In this document: positions 32,462 to 42,380 of the stretch, piece after piece
How the letters are laid out: the number at the start of each line of letters is the position of its first letter
Numbering within the stretch: the first letter of the stretch is position 1
Source: an uncultured bacterium
GTDB taxonomy: Bacteria; Fidelibacterota; Marinisomatia; Marinisomatales; UBA1611
Direction of reading: 5' to 3'
NCBI GenBank assembly: GCA_943788175.1
Contig: CALSPG010000002.1
Span: 1-64,000, forward strand
DNA length: 64,000 bases
The notes under the pieces: model-generated
Seen by the model: the letters and a program-made list of their open reading frames with translations, nothing else
Database searches by the model: none
Told to the model about the DNA's origin: nothing
Made by a program: the position numbers and the translations under genes

Positions 32462-32775
32462 TTATTTTCCCTTATTAGAAAAGACTAAAACAATAATCAA
32501 TTTGATGATATTTCTATAATGAATTAATGGAATTTTTAAATATTGAGACATACGTGTTAAAGAATTGTTAGCTTAGTGAAGTTTTTTTATAATAACGGTG
32601 TTTTAAATTGTATTGTTTCTCCAAACTTTAAATGCGTATCCACACTCCTCTGCATGCATAAAACCAAATATCGTAAGAGGTAAAAATAAAAGTATTCTAT
32701 TCATTCACCAACCTACAAATAATTACGCTACGATGTTTAGAAAGCTATAAACAAAAAACCAAAATTCAAATAATC

Positions 32776-32814
32776 AACCCCTATCAATAAAACAGAGAAT
32801 AGATATTTTTTCAT
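32776..32814 (-). repeat. Signal-peptide element, orphan stub (MKKYLFSVLLIGV...)
   Basis: Matches the consensus; short ORF only. Confidence 0.85.
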
Positions 32815-32832
32815 ATTCTTTTTTAAGAAGTT

Positions 32833-33576
32833 TTAATACCTATTGAATTTGTCTATAACGAATAATAGTGATGAGTTGTGTCCCATTCTTAGACCATTAT
32901 AGTCTTTCGGTAATAATATACGCTTGCCATTAATAATTTCAACTTTTTGCGGATCTTGCTTTAAATGTTTAAAAATTCCATCTTGATGCTTTATTGTTTG
33001 CCATTGAATATATTTAACATTTGGTGCAATAGTATATTTATCCTTTTTAGGGTTCTGACAATCTTTATATTTTAAATTATTATTTATCCTTGCTAACCCT
33101 GTTGCAATCGCATGTGTTTTTATTGGGAATTCACTATCCCAACTTTCAGATAAAAGTGTTGTAATTAATCCGCCAAAACTATGACCAATAATTTCTACAG
33201 ATTTTAGACCTTCATTTGATTTTATAAATGTTTTTAACATTTTTAACATACTATCATGGATAGTTAACGGACACTCATTCCAATCATACCTATAAAACCA
33301 TATCGGTACGCCACTTTTTGATAAATTTAAAATTGGTTCAACCCATTCAAAACCTTTAGTGTCCCATTTTTCAGGATAGTAGCCGTGAACTAATATTATT
33401 CCAATTGTAGAATCAATATAATCAAAACCTTTAATTTTATGAATACCTACTGATCTATTTATTAAATATTCATCATAATTGGATTTGTCTGTAGTTAACT
33501 TTGACAATAAAATCGTTTTTTGATCATGCCCAAAACCAACCCCAACCAATAAAACGATAAATATATATTTTTTCAT
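32833..33576 (-). CDS. Secreted alpha/beta-hydrolase (copy A)
   Basis: LVHGY, GHSFGG; starts with the element. Confidence 0.8.
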   Translation of the reverse strand: MKKYIFIVLLVGVGFGHDQKTILLSKLTTDKSNYDEYLINRSVGIHKIKGFDYIDSTIGIILVHGYYPEKWDTKGFEWVEPILNLSKSGVPIWFYRYDWNECPLTIHDSMLKMLKTFIKSNEGLKSVEIIGHSFGGLITTLLSESWDSEFPIKTHAIATGLARINNNLKYKDCQNPKKDKYTIAPNVKYIQWQTIKHQDGIFKHLKQDPQKVEIINGKRILLPKDYNGLRMGHNSSLLFVIDKFNRY

Positions 33577-33632
33577 TAGTTCAAAATAACCATTCTCTTA
33601 CTTTGTGTAAACACACATGATTGAATGATATA

Positions 33633-34100
33633 TTAACAACTGTCTTTTTCCATTATATGACCTTCTGCATCATATTTTTCATTGCCAGACAGCTTACCTT
33701 TTTTTGTTTTAATTATTGAAAACCCCTCCTTTTCATAAAGATTGAATGCTCGGTGATTGTTTGATAATAATGAAACTTTAATAGGATAGTCCATTCTCTC
33801 AAGTGCAAAACGAAGTAATTTTCTACCAATACCTTTCCTTTGATAACTTGGATGAACATAAAGCCAATTAACATAATCCTTTTCAAATGCTATAAATCCA
33901 ACGACAATATCCAATTCTGCTACCCATACTTCATCATCAAATAATCCCTCATTTTCTGCACATTTTCTAAGTGGAATAAATGCGTTCAAAGGTACATTCC
34001 CTTCAAGTTCGCCAGGTCTTGACTCATCGTGAATATTGCACAGTGATCCCCAATCATCATTTCTATAAAGTCTTATTTTAATAGTTTGTAAATCCATCAA
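33633..34100 (-). CDS. GNAT N-acetyltransferase
   Basis: LYVHPSYQRKGIGRKLL, NHRAFNLYEKEGF. Confidence 0.9.
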   Translation of the reverse strand: MMDLQTIKIRLYRNDDWGSLCNIHDESRPGELEGNVPLNAFIPLRKCAENEGLFDDEVWVAELDIVVGFIAFEKDYVNWLYVHPSYQRKGIGRKLLRFALERMDYPIKVSLLSNNHRAFNLYEKEGFSIIKTKKGKLSGNEKYDAEGHIMEKDSC

Positions 34101-34128
34101 TAACTCATTTTTTCTGGAAAAACTCCCC

Positions 34129-34176
34129 TTAAACTACCCCAACCAATAGAATTATGAATAAATATTTTTTCATAAT
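34129..34176 (-). repeat. Signal-peptide element, orphan stub (MKKYLFIILLVGVV*) with 26-bp near-perfect palindrome
   Basis: attatgaataaat|attttttcataat at 34151-34176. Confidence 0.9.
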
Positions 34177-34571
34177 CTCTCCAATGTCATTAAATCCTTG
34201 TAAGTTGGTAGAGGTTCGCCATTTTCATTTGTCCATATTATTTGACTAATCATAGTTAATTCATCGCCACTTAATTCATATTCCCAATTAACTAAATCTC
34301 TTATGAATATTGAATCATTTGTTGAATTATATGAGAAATCATCTCCACTTATAGAAACTGAATCTTTACTAAAACGAATTATTAAACCTATTCTACTTTG
34401 ATGCGATAACTCTTTGGTTGAATCAAGTATATTTAACAAATCATTATCTAACATTTCTGAAATATTATACTCAGTGTATAAATAGCCCCAATTACCTATA
34501 ATAGTATTTTCACTTCTTTCATCACAACTCCAAACCCCAACCAATAAAACGATGAATAGATATTTTTTCAT
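34170..34571 (-). CDS. Putative lipoprotein (lipocalin-like)
   Basis: Element-derived signal peptide with VWSC lipobox; IIGNW motif. Confidence 0.65.
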   Translation of the reverse strand: MKKYLFIVLLVGVWSCDERSENTIIGNWGYLYTEYNISEMLDNDLLNILDSTKELSHQSRIGLIIRFSKDSVSISGDDFSYNSTNDSIFIRDLVNWEYELSGDELTMISQIIWTNENGEPLPTYKDLMTLERL

Positions 34572-34589
34572 ATTTTTTTTTAAGAAGTT

Positions 34590-35334
34590 TTAATACCTAG
34601 TTAAGTTATCTATAACGAATAATAGTGATGAGTTGTGACCCACTCTTATACCATTATAGTCTTTTGGGAGTAATATACGTTTACCATTAATAATTTCAAC
34701 TTTTTGCGGATCTTGCTTTAAATGTTTAAAAATTCCATCTTGATGCTTTATTGTTGCCCATTGAATATATTTAACATTTGGTGCAATAGTATATTTATCC
34801 TTTTTAGGGTTCCGACAATCTTTATGATTTAAATTATCATTTATCCTTGCTAATCCTGTTGCAATCGCATGTGTTTTTATTGGGAATTCACTATCCCAAC
34901 TTTCAGATAAAAGCGTTGTAATTAATCCGCCAAAGCTATGACCGATAATTACTACGGATTTAAGATCTTCATTTAATTTTATCAATGTTTTTAACTTTTT
35001 TAACATACTATCATGGATAGTTAACGGACACTCATTCCAATCATACCTATAAAACCATATAGGTACGCCACTTTTTGATAAATTTAAAATTGGTTCAACC
35101 CATTCAAAACCTTTAGTGTCCCATTTTTCAGGATAGTAGCCGTGAACTAATATTATTCCAATTGTAGAATCAATATAATCAAAACCTTTAATTTTATGAA
35201 TGCCTACTGATCTATTTATTAAATATTCATCATAATTGGATTTGTTTGTAGATAACTTTGACAATAAAATCGTTTTTTTGATCATGCCCAAAACAAACCC
35301 CAACCAATAAAATGATGAATAGAGATTTTTTCAT
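34590..35334 (-). pseudogene. Secreted alpha/beta-hydrolase (copy B), +1 frameshift in an A-run after the signal peptide
   Basis: Near-identical to 32833..33576; T7 versus T6 run at about 35273-35279. Confidence 0.85.
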
Positions 35335-37787
35335 TACTTCAATAACACCATCTTCTTTGTCTGCCTGAACTCCCCTGCTTGTATCGTATATAGATATAAT
35401 CCAGCTGATAGTGGCTCATTCCTATCATTGGTGGCATTCCATTGGACTGACTTAAAACCCGCACTTTGAGAGCCATTTACAAGCGTTTTAACTGCCCTTC
35501 CAATCATATCATAGATAGTGATATTGACTAACCCATCTTCTGGTAAATCATATCGTAAAGATGTGACTGGGTTGAATGGGTTGGGGTAGTTTTGATGAAG
35601 TGTAAATAACTCAGGTATTAATTTTTCATTTATTATTGATACTTGAGTCTGATCATCTTTAATACACCTAACGCAATTTCCATCGGCACGTTCACGTGTT
35701 CCCATTTGCGCATTATTGATTCCGATGCCCATCACACGAGATGCGTCTCCATCCACAGTACTTGTACGGTATCCTGCAAATGTACCCACATTTCCTATTT
35801 GTCCACTCATACGAGATCTTGCACCAGTTAGCGTCAATTTTAATGGTGAATTAAATGCGCCATCAGAATCATTAGAACTCCAGGTTAACCTTTCTTCTTC
35901 AAATTCATTTTCTGTGGGTAATCTAAAACCTTCAGGGCAAGGATTATTAATACCGAACAAGCCCTGCCATAAACTATCGTTTGGTGGAAATCGCCAATCT
36001 GAATCCGCTAAAATAAAATATGAATGACCAGCTGTATCTGAACTTGATGTAGTATTTATGGTTGATGAAGTTCTTTCTTCATGTCCATCTGAAGACCTAC
36101 CCCATTGATATAAGCTACCAAAAGAAGCTGTATCAGTAGTTGAAGTAGCTACTTGAATAGCTCCTAAATTTCTATCCATCCATGTTCTACCAGTTATAGG
36201 ATTATATACTGTCTGTATTAAAGAATTACAATTAGTGGTGTCTTGCTCCCCTATAATTTCTTCAATGCATTCTAAGTATGGTGGACAAAATTGATTATTA
36301 CCCAATATCAAATATCCACTAAGAAAAGGATTCCAATTACAAATATCCTCAGGCATTCCAGATAATTGATTACCACCTAAAAAAAACAAATTTAGATTTG
36401 TTATATTCCCCATTGAGGTTGGAATATCTCCACTCAATTGATTGGAACTAAGAAATAAACTGCTTACATTAATTAGGTTTCCTATTTCAGAAGGGATTTC
36501 ACCAGTTAATTGATTATACTCAAGAGATAAATATGTAAGGTTTATTAGGTTCCCTATAGACGATGGAATCTCACCTGATAACTGATTTATACCTAATGAT
36601 AATGTATTTAAATTAGTTAGATTACCTATTTCTGGTGGAATCACACCTGTAATTTCATTTGTGTGTAAGTACAAGGATGTAAGATTAATTAGTTGACCAA
36701 TTTCTGGACTTATTTCACCTTCTACAACCTGCCCACTGCTCATATCTTCCAAACCTATATGAGTAGTCTCATCAATTGAATAACATCCAGATGGCATACA
36801 ACCATTACTGTGATAAATATTAACCCAATCATTACAATCTCCCCAGCCCAAATCAACTTCACCTTCATCACAAACAATTGCATCAAAAATACTTGATAAG
36901 GGGTATCTAAAAACTCCACTTGAATGTGTAGCCGCGATTATATAGTTCTCACTTATTTCAAGATCAAAAATGGTAAGGTCTGACAGTCCACTATTCAAAT
37001 CTGTCCAACTATCTCCATTGTCCATGGTATAGTACACACCAGACCCTGTTGATCCTGCAACCAATAAATCATCATTGTAACCAAACCCTCTAAAAGCAGC
37101 ACTGGCAATACCATTATCTAACAACTCCCAGTTTGCTCCAAAATTTGTTGATCTAAAAACTCCAGTACCTATCTCACCACCAGCAAAAAGAATATTACCA
37201 TAGCTTTGAATAGCTCTGAAAGTTGAAGATGAGACTCCATTCGTTAGTAAAGTCCAATTCTCTCCCCAGTCTATGCTCTTATATAAACCATTTCCATTAG
37301 TCCCAACAAAAAGTGTGTCTCCGATATTTGTCACACACCTAACATCTGTCCCTGTAAGTCCTGCGGGATCCCAATTCTCCGCCATATCAGATGAAATAGA
37401 GACACCAAATGGACCAACATGAACCAAACGTTCATTAACACTTAAAATCCCATGAGATAATAAACTCCCTAACCCATTACTCTTGGATAACCATGTCTCT
37501 CCATTATCTTCTGTTCTAAAAACACCTTGAGAAGTACAATTATATATATACAAACTGTCATGGGTAAATCCTCTTGTCGGACCACTAGAGTCGTTACCAT
37601 TGTTTGATAAAGTATAGGTCATACCTTCATCAATAGAAACATAAGCACCCGTTTCTCCTCCCGCAAAATGATATTCTCCTTTTGACCCAAGGGATTGCAT
37701 ATCAAGGTTCTCAGTTCCTGATGCCTGTTCCCATTGCCCAAAAAGTTGAGTAATAAATATTAAGATTATCGTTAAAATAAATTTCAT
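35334..37787 (-). CDS. Modular secreted protein: BNR/Asp-box propeller + LRR + FISUMP (Fib_succ_major-like) + T9SS/FlgD-Ig tail
   Basis: SxDxGxxW repeats; IPSEIGNL repeats; TWMDRNL..GSLYQW..CPEGFRLPT..VRCIKD; CTD. Confidence 0.85.
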   Translation of the reverse strand: MKFILTIILIFITQLFGQWEQASGTENLDMQSLGSKGEYHFAGGETGAYVSIDEGMTYTLSNNGNDSSGPTRGFTHDSLYIYNCTSQGVFRTEDNGETWLSKSNGLGSLLSHGILSVNERLVHVGPFGVSISSDMAENWDPAGLTGTDVRCVTNIGDTLFVGTNGNGLYKSIDWGENWTLLTNGVSSSTFRAIQSYGNILFAGGEIGTGVFRSTNFGANWELLDNGIASAAFRGFGYNDDLLVAGSTGSGVYYTMDNGDSWTDLNSGLSDLTIFDLEISENYIIAATHSSGVFRYPLSSIFDAIVCDEGEVDLGWGDCNDWVNIYHSNGCMPSGCYSIDETTHIGLEDMSSGQVVEGEISPEIGQLINLTSLYLHTNEITGVIPPEIGNLTNLNTLSLGINQLSGEIPSSIGNLINLTYLSLEYNQLTGEIPSEIGNLINVSSLFLSSNQLSGDIPTSMGNITNLNLFFLGGNQLSGMPEDICNWNPFLSGYLILGNNQFCPPYLECIEEIIGEQDTTNCNSLIQTVYNPITGRTWMDRNLGAIQVATSTTDTASFGSLYQWGRSSDGHEERTSSTINTTSSSDTAGHSYFILADSDWRFPPNDSLWQGLFGINNPCPEGFRLPTENEFEEERLTWSSNDSDGAFNSPLKLTLTGARSRMSGQIGNVGTFAGYRTSTVDGDASRVMGIGINNAQMGTRERADGNCVRCIKDDQTQVSIINEKLIPELFTLHQNYPNPFNPVTSLRYDLPEDGLVNITIYDMIGRAVKTLVNGSQSAGFKSVQWNATNDRNEPLSAGLYLYTIQAGEFRQTKKMVLLK

Positions 37788-37894
37788 ACTTTAAAGCCTC
37801 GTAGAATAGAAATTATAATGTTGGGAAAGGGGTAAAATTATTAAACTAATAGTAATTCTCTCTTCTCTAATTCTTTTTCATAATCATATCCAAA

Positions 37895-37945
37895 TCTACC
37901 CATCATATCGTAAATAGTGATATTAATTAAACCATCTTCTGGTAG
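37895..37945 (-). pseudogene. Internal fragment of the T9SS/FlgD-Ig tail (PEDGLINITIYDMMGR)
   Basis: ctacccatcatatcgtaaatagtgatattaattaaaccatcttctggta matches intact copies. Confidence 0.75.
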
Positions 37946-37966
37946 TATGAATGATAATATTTGAAT

Positions 37967-37999
37967 AAAAGAAAACCTCTCCTTTTAAAGAGAGGTTTC
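37967..37999 (-). terminator. Hairpin/terminator downstream of a tRNA 3' fragment
   Basis: aaacctctc...gagaggttt with A-run. Confidence 0.65.
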
Positions 38000-38025
38000 T
38001 GAGAAGTAACTGGTATTATTCTCGA

Positions 38026-38040
38026 GTACGCCCGACAGGA
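38026..38040 (-). repeat. Short tRNA-Arg 3' end fragment (att remnant 3)
   Basis: gtacgcccgacagga, preceded by ggtattattctc as at 40081. Confidence 0.7.
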
Positions 38041-38068
38041 ATTTTATCAAATACCTTTGGTATACTTG

Positions 38069-39808
38069 TTAAAATGAAACATTATATGTAACTGGAGAAT
38101 TACCAGTGAATTTTATTTCCCCAGTTAAGCCCTTAACCAATGCAAGTTGTGTATTATCGTCTGTCTGATAGCAATTTATTCGACACCAAATACGCGGCAT
38201 ATAGATCAGATTTTTGTAGGGATCTCCAAATCCGATACTAATTACTTTACTTAATGGAAGTTTATTAGCAGTCCACATAGTTAAGGCTTTTGAGTTATTT
38301 AGATTTAATGTCCCCCAAGGATTTCCAGGATTACTATAAAATGCAAAAATAAACTTATCGTATTTAGAGCTTAGATGTTCTAAGCTACTTTCTAACTCAA
38401 AATAAGATAAATCATCTCTAATATCCACCTTATACCCTCTTTTGGATAGTTCTTTCTTCATTATGCTAAAACTTTCGGTTCCTTTTTTCTCTGAAACTGA
38501 TACTATTAAAAGCCTCCTTGTTTTTGTAGTGTCTAATGGCAATTGTTTGTTTTTATCTGCTAACAGCGTGATCGATTTTTCGGAAATCTGGTATGCATGC
38601 TTTTTATTTTCATCGAATTCTTTATCTGATACAGACTTAATTGATGAGTAGTTTCCGTTAAATAATCCAAGCTGTTTTTTCAAATTCCAAACACGGTTTA
38701 CAGCATCGTTAAGCCTTTCCATTGGTATTTCTTCTCTTAAGATACGCGCCTCAAGGGAATCAATAATTTCAATCCTTGGCCACAACAAAATGTCTGCTCC
38801 CGCCTTAAAGCATTCAATTTCGGTCTCTAATTGGTTTTCATAGTAACCTGCTATACCGGCCATGTCAAGTGCATCTGATACCACAACTCCCTTAAATCCC
38901 ATTTCTTTTTTCAGCAGGTTAGTCATTAGTTCCTTAGACAAAGTAGCAGGCAAATATTCTCCATTTAGTTTTTCTTTCTGATAGGCAGGAAATGTAATAT
39001 GACCAGCCATTATTACGGCTACTCCATTATCTATAAGGGTTTGAAATACTTTGCCATTTTTTTGTTTCCAGTTATGATAGCTAATCTGTAAGGTAGATGT
39101 ACTAAAATGCTGATTAATAAAATCTGTGCCATCGCCTGGAAAATGTTTTGCCGTTGCTGCTACTCCGTTTTTTTGCATTGCTTTTACTTGATTTGGTAAT
39201 AAGCGAGTAGCAATGTTTTCATCGTCACTTATGGCTCTTACGTTGGTAAGAAAATTACCCGGGTTATTGTTCAGGTCTGCTACTGGATGCAGCAACCAGT
39301 TGATTCCAATTCCTCTTGCTTCCTTAGATATAATGTTACCCATTGAATATGCCGCTTCCTCAGAATTGGTTGCCCCTACTCCCATCTCACTTGTAGTTCG
39401 TGTAAAGCCCTTTATCTCTGAGCCAATTCCCGCCTCAAAATCTTCTACATAAAGCATAGGATATTTTGATGCCTTACTGAATTGCTGAACAGTGTTTTGG
39501 TAATGTTTCCATAAAGAATCACTTGGTGCCTCCGGTTTCATGTTCCAATTTGCCAAAAAAACAGAACCTATTGGATATCTGTTTACCAGCGTATATATCG
39601 ATCCATTGCCATGTTTGGCAATCAGGCCTTTGTCATATTTGAAACAAACAAGCTGTCCTATTTTTTCGCGTATAGATAATTTTTCCCAACCTCTATCATT
39701 ATCGAAAGCCTTTTCTTTATCCATAACTGATTCCTTATTTTCTTTTTTTGTTCCACAACACACTATAAATAAACATATAGTAAGTAGAATAATGTTCCTT
39801 TTAATCAT
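38069..39808 (-). CDS. GH3 beta-N-acetylhexosaminidase-like glycosidase
   Basis: EKIGQL, KHFPGDG, MAGH, GFKGVVVSDALDM. Confidence 0.9.
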   Translation of the reverse strand: MIKRNIILLTICLFIVCCGTKKENKESVMDKEKAFDNDRGWEKLSIREKIGQLVCFKYDKGLIAKHGNGSIYTLVNRYPIGSVFLANWNMKPEAPSDSLWKHYQNTVQQFSKASKYPMLYVEDFEAGIGSEIKGFTRTTSEMGVGATNSEEAAYSMGNIISKEARGIGINWLLHPVADLNNNPGNFLTNVRAISDDENIATRLLPNQVKAMQKNGVAATAKHFPGDGTDFINQHFSTSTLQISYHNWKQKNGKVFQTLIDNGVAVIMAGHITFPAYQKEKLNGEYLPATLSKELMTNLLKKEMGFKGVVVSDALDMAGIAGYYENQLETEIECFKAGADILLWPRIEIIDSLEARILREEIPMERLNDAVNRVWNLKKQLGLFNGNYSSIKSVSDKEFDENKKHAYQISEKSITLLADKNKQLPLDTTKTRRLLIVSVSEKKGTESFSIMKKELSKRGYKVDIRDDLSYFELESSLEHLSSKYDKFIFAFYSNPGNPWGTLNLNNSKALTMWTANKLPLSKVISIGFGDPYKNLIYMPRIWCRINCYQTDDNTQLALVKGLTGEIKFTGNSPVTYNVSF

Positions 39809-39900
39809 TGTATCTTCCTGCTTCCTGGTTTTTGAATTGGTATATCTTTTAATCTGTCTGGCAATTTATCTGGTTCAATACTTACCGCATCAATTTAAAT

Positions 39901-39928
39901 AATAGAAAACTGATAGATATTTTTTCAT
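39901..39928 (-). repeat. Signal-peptide element, degenerate stub
   Basis: + strand gatagatattttttcat. Confidence 0.55.
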
Positions 39929-40034
39929 ATCAAAAATTTAACAAATAATGTTGAATCTGTGTCCCTTAAAAGTGTGTCCATCATTTTTGTGTCCATCATT
40001 TGCTAAATATTGATTAAGGATGACAAAGGATGAC

Positions 40035-40066
40035 AAAAGAAAACCCCCCGAATAACCGAGGGGTTT
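40035..40066 (-). terminator. Hairpin/terminator downstream of a tRNA 3' fragment
   Basis: aaacccc...ggggttt with A-run. Confidence 0.7.
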
Positions 40067-40095
40067 AATGAGAGATGTGTGGTATTATTCTCTAT

Positions 40096-40137
40096 TACGC
40101 CCTACAAGTTTCTAACTTGTATGCTTATGCTCCGGAG
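40096..40137 (-). repeat. Degenerate tRNA-Arg(CCG) 3' fragment (att site 2)
   Basis: tacgccctacaagtttctaacttgtatgcttatgctccggag aligns with 51439-51480. Confidence 0.8.
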
Positions 40138-40167
40138 TTATAATACTAATCGCTGTAAGTGCAATTA

Positions 40168-41275
40168 TTATGCGCGATAGTCACTAACCATACTTACCGT
40201 GTCCCGGAAAGCAGTGTCCCGAATTGATAATTTAGTAGAATATTGATATTGTTTTGCTAATAAAGGAAAATCTTGAGCAACCCTTTTAAGATTCATATTA
40301 GCATAAACTTCAGTGGTAGTTACAGAACTATGCCCCATGATAAGCTTCAAATCATAGATAGGCATGCCCTTAATTAAGCTTCTAACGGCAAATGTGTGTC
40401 TAAGCGAGTGAAAGTGCTTCTTTGAATTAATACCGATCGATTTAAGAGCATTTTTTAAACATCTTTGATAAATGATTGCCTTGATCTTTAATCGTAGAGC
40501 CATACCCTTCAATTAACCACTCTTTATAATTGATAAATATTTTTCTTAAAGAACTGTCCAATTCAATATTTCTACTAGATCCTCCTTTAGACTCCTCGCT
40601 TATATCTATCCAGTCTCCTTCAATGACAGATATAAAAGGTTCTCTTAAACGCATACCAGTTTCAAGGTATAGTCTAAATACATCCTTATAAAATGGATCT
40701 AGCCAATCAAGAGCCATAATTTCTTCAAATTCTTTCTCCGTGATGTATATTGGATCTTTCTTTCGGACTTTTAATTGTTCTATAAAAGGTATTTTATTTA
40801 TTCGGTCATTTTTCAATAAATAACCAAACATAGTTTTTATAGTACGGAGATGAATATTGATGGTATTAATACTTAAACCTTTAGATTTTAAAAAATCTAT
40901 AAATCCTATTATATTGCTAGTTACAATTTCATTAACTGCTTTATTTCCACTTAGATATTTTATTAAATAGTCTGTACCTTGTTTGTTTAAAGTGAGTGTA
41001 TTTTTAGTAGTATTTCTACTAGCTAACCACTCATCTGAGGCTTCTTTTAACGTATATTTTTTTACTTTGATCTTGATTTGATTTGATAGCCAGGGAAAAG
41101 AGAATGCTACACCTGATTTAATACCATCCTCAACTGCGTTAACTTCTGTTAGTCTTTCATAGGCAACCGCCATAGATGAGGTTCTTAGAGGTATTAACTT
41201 TTCTTTTTCATCGCCTTTTATTTGCCACCTTACTCGTGCATAAAACTTTCCTTTTCGATCTCTTAACCTAGCCAT
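40168..41275 (-). pseudogene. Phage-type tyrosine integrase split by a 1-nt frameshift near 40450
   Basis: SINTINIHLRTIK, TGMRLRE, then HSLRHTFA, MGHSSVTTTEVY in the next frame. Confidence 0.9.
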
Positions 41276-41321
41276 ATTAATTATACTTCCGATGTCTACA
41301 TTTGTTCATTAAAATTAGTTT

Positions 41322-41537
41322 ATGAATGATAAACAAAAATGGTTTATAGTAATATTAGTTGGATGTATAGTCACCCTTTTAACTGCATTAACAGAGACTG
41401 ATTGGAGATTTCTGATTGATGTAACATTATTAGATGGAGGAAGTGAATATCACTACTCAATTAATTGGGTAGGTTGTTTATTAGTGGGTATTTCATTCTC
41501 ATCCATTACTGGATTCTTTCTTTTTAAAGATAAATAA
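41322..41537 (+). CDS. Small membrane protein
   Basis: Two TM segments. Confidence 0.55.
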   Translation: MNDKQKWFIVILVGCIVTLLTALTETDWRFLIDVTLLDGGSEYHYSINWVGCLLVGISFSSITGFFLFKDK

Positions 41538-41636
41538 TTAGACATGGACAGACGCTCTTTCATTACTATAAATGGTAACTAATAAGATACCCTAGTTTGT
41601 AAGGGACTAAATAACTAAAGATAGCCATTTACACCC

Positions 41637-42179
41637 TTAATTTTTAGGGAGGTTGTTTAATATAGGGTTTAATCCATTAGGGGGCTTAGTACTATTAGGA
41701 CTATCTTTTGTAAGGGTGTTATTTTTCTTTTTAAAACGAGTTCCCCTCCCAACTATATAATCTTTTATCTTTGGAATCTCATGCTTCCAATTTTCCTTTG
41801 GAAACCTTTTCCAGCGACATTCACTTTCTCTAACTCCTTCAATCCATAGAAGTTTGTACTTATTCATGTCTCCTCTTGCCATACCACCGCGATAAGTAAC
41901 TTTAATGAGTCCTGCCTCAATTAGCTCATTTCTAGCCCTTATATACGTTGCAGAAGCTCCTAATCCATTTGCTTTGAACTCTCTTTCGGTGAATGAGACT
42001 TTTCCATTGTTCGTGTAAGAAAAATTCTTCTTCTTCCTTGATCCAGTAAACTTTAACTCAGAATAAAAGCACCACATCAAATTTTTAGCTGCCGGCGACA
42101 ATGCTTGGTAAGCCTTAGACCAGTATAGCCTATTTGTTAACATAAACGTAAACCGTTTGTCAGGTACTGGTTTCATCAT
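41637..42179 (-). CDS. Putative HTH replication-initiator-like protein
   Basis: SKAYQALSPAAK..NNG..GASATYIRARNELIEAGLIKVT pattern; directly after the xis-like gene. Confidence 0.5.
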   Translation of the reverse strand: MMKPVPDKRFTFMLTNRLYWSKAYQALSPAAKNLMWCFYSELKFTGSRKKKNFSYTNNGKVSFTEREFKANGLGASATYIRARNELIEAGLIKVTYRGGMARGDMNKYKLLWIEGVRESECRWKRFPKENWKHEIPKIKDYIVGRGTRFKKKNNTLTKDSPNSTKPPNGLNPILNNLPKN

Positions 42180-42191
42180 GAAATTATAACC

Positions 42192-42380
42192 TTACCCGTT
42201 GAGCCACTCATCAACTCTAGATCTTTTGATAAGAATACGACCAGTCTCTTTAGATGCTTTAAGATTACCTCTATCAATATATCTACGGATTGTTGCAGTT
42301 GATAACTTAGAGTATTTGACCACTTCACCTATAGTCATCCATTCATCATTATGAATGTTATTTAGTATGTTTTTCATCAT
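42192..42380 (-). CDS. Excisionase-like HTH (HTH_17/MerR-like) protein
   Basis: WMTIGEVVKYSKLSTATIRRYIDRGNLKASK..GRILIKRS.VDEWL. Confidence 0.85.
   Translation of the reverse strand: MMKNILNNIHNDEWMTIGEVVKYSKLSTATIRRYIDRGNLKASKETGRILIKRSRVDEWLNG

Noticed and set aside
32776-35334. CRISPR array made of the palindromic repeats
   Set aside because: Spacing is 400-2200 bp with whole genes between copies; the repeats are degenerate and no cas genes are present.
32833-35334. Diversity-generating retroelement template/variable pair
   Set aside because: No reverse transcriptase in the window, and the duplication covers a whole gene rather than a short TR/VR.
40440-40465. Programmed -1 ribosomal frameshift in the integrase
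   Set aside because: Restoring the frame needs +1, and I see no in-frame slippery heptamer; mutation or sequencing error is simpler.
9600-41275. Classical integron (IntI + attC array)
   Set aside because: No RYYYAAC...GTTRRRY attC hairpins recognised between genes. The integrase is tied to tRNA att sites, is co-oriented with the array, and shows no recognisable IntI-specific insertion.
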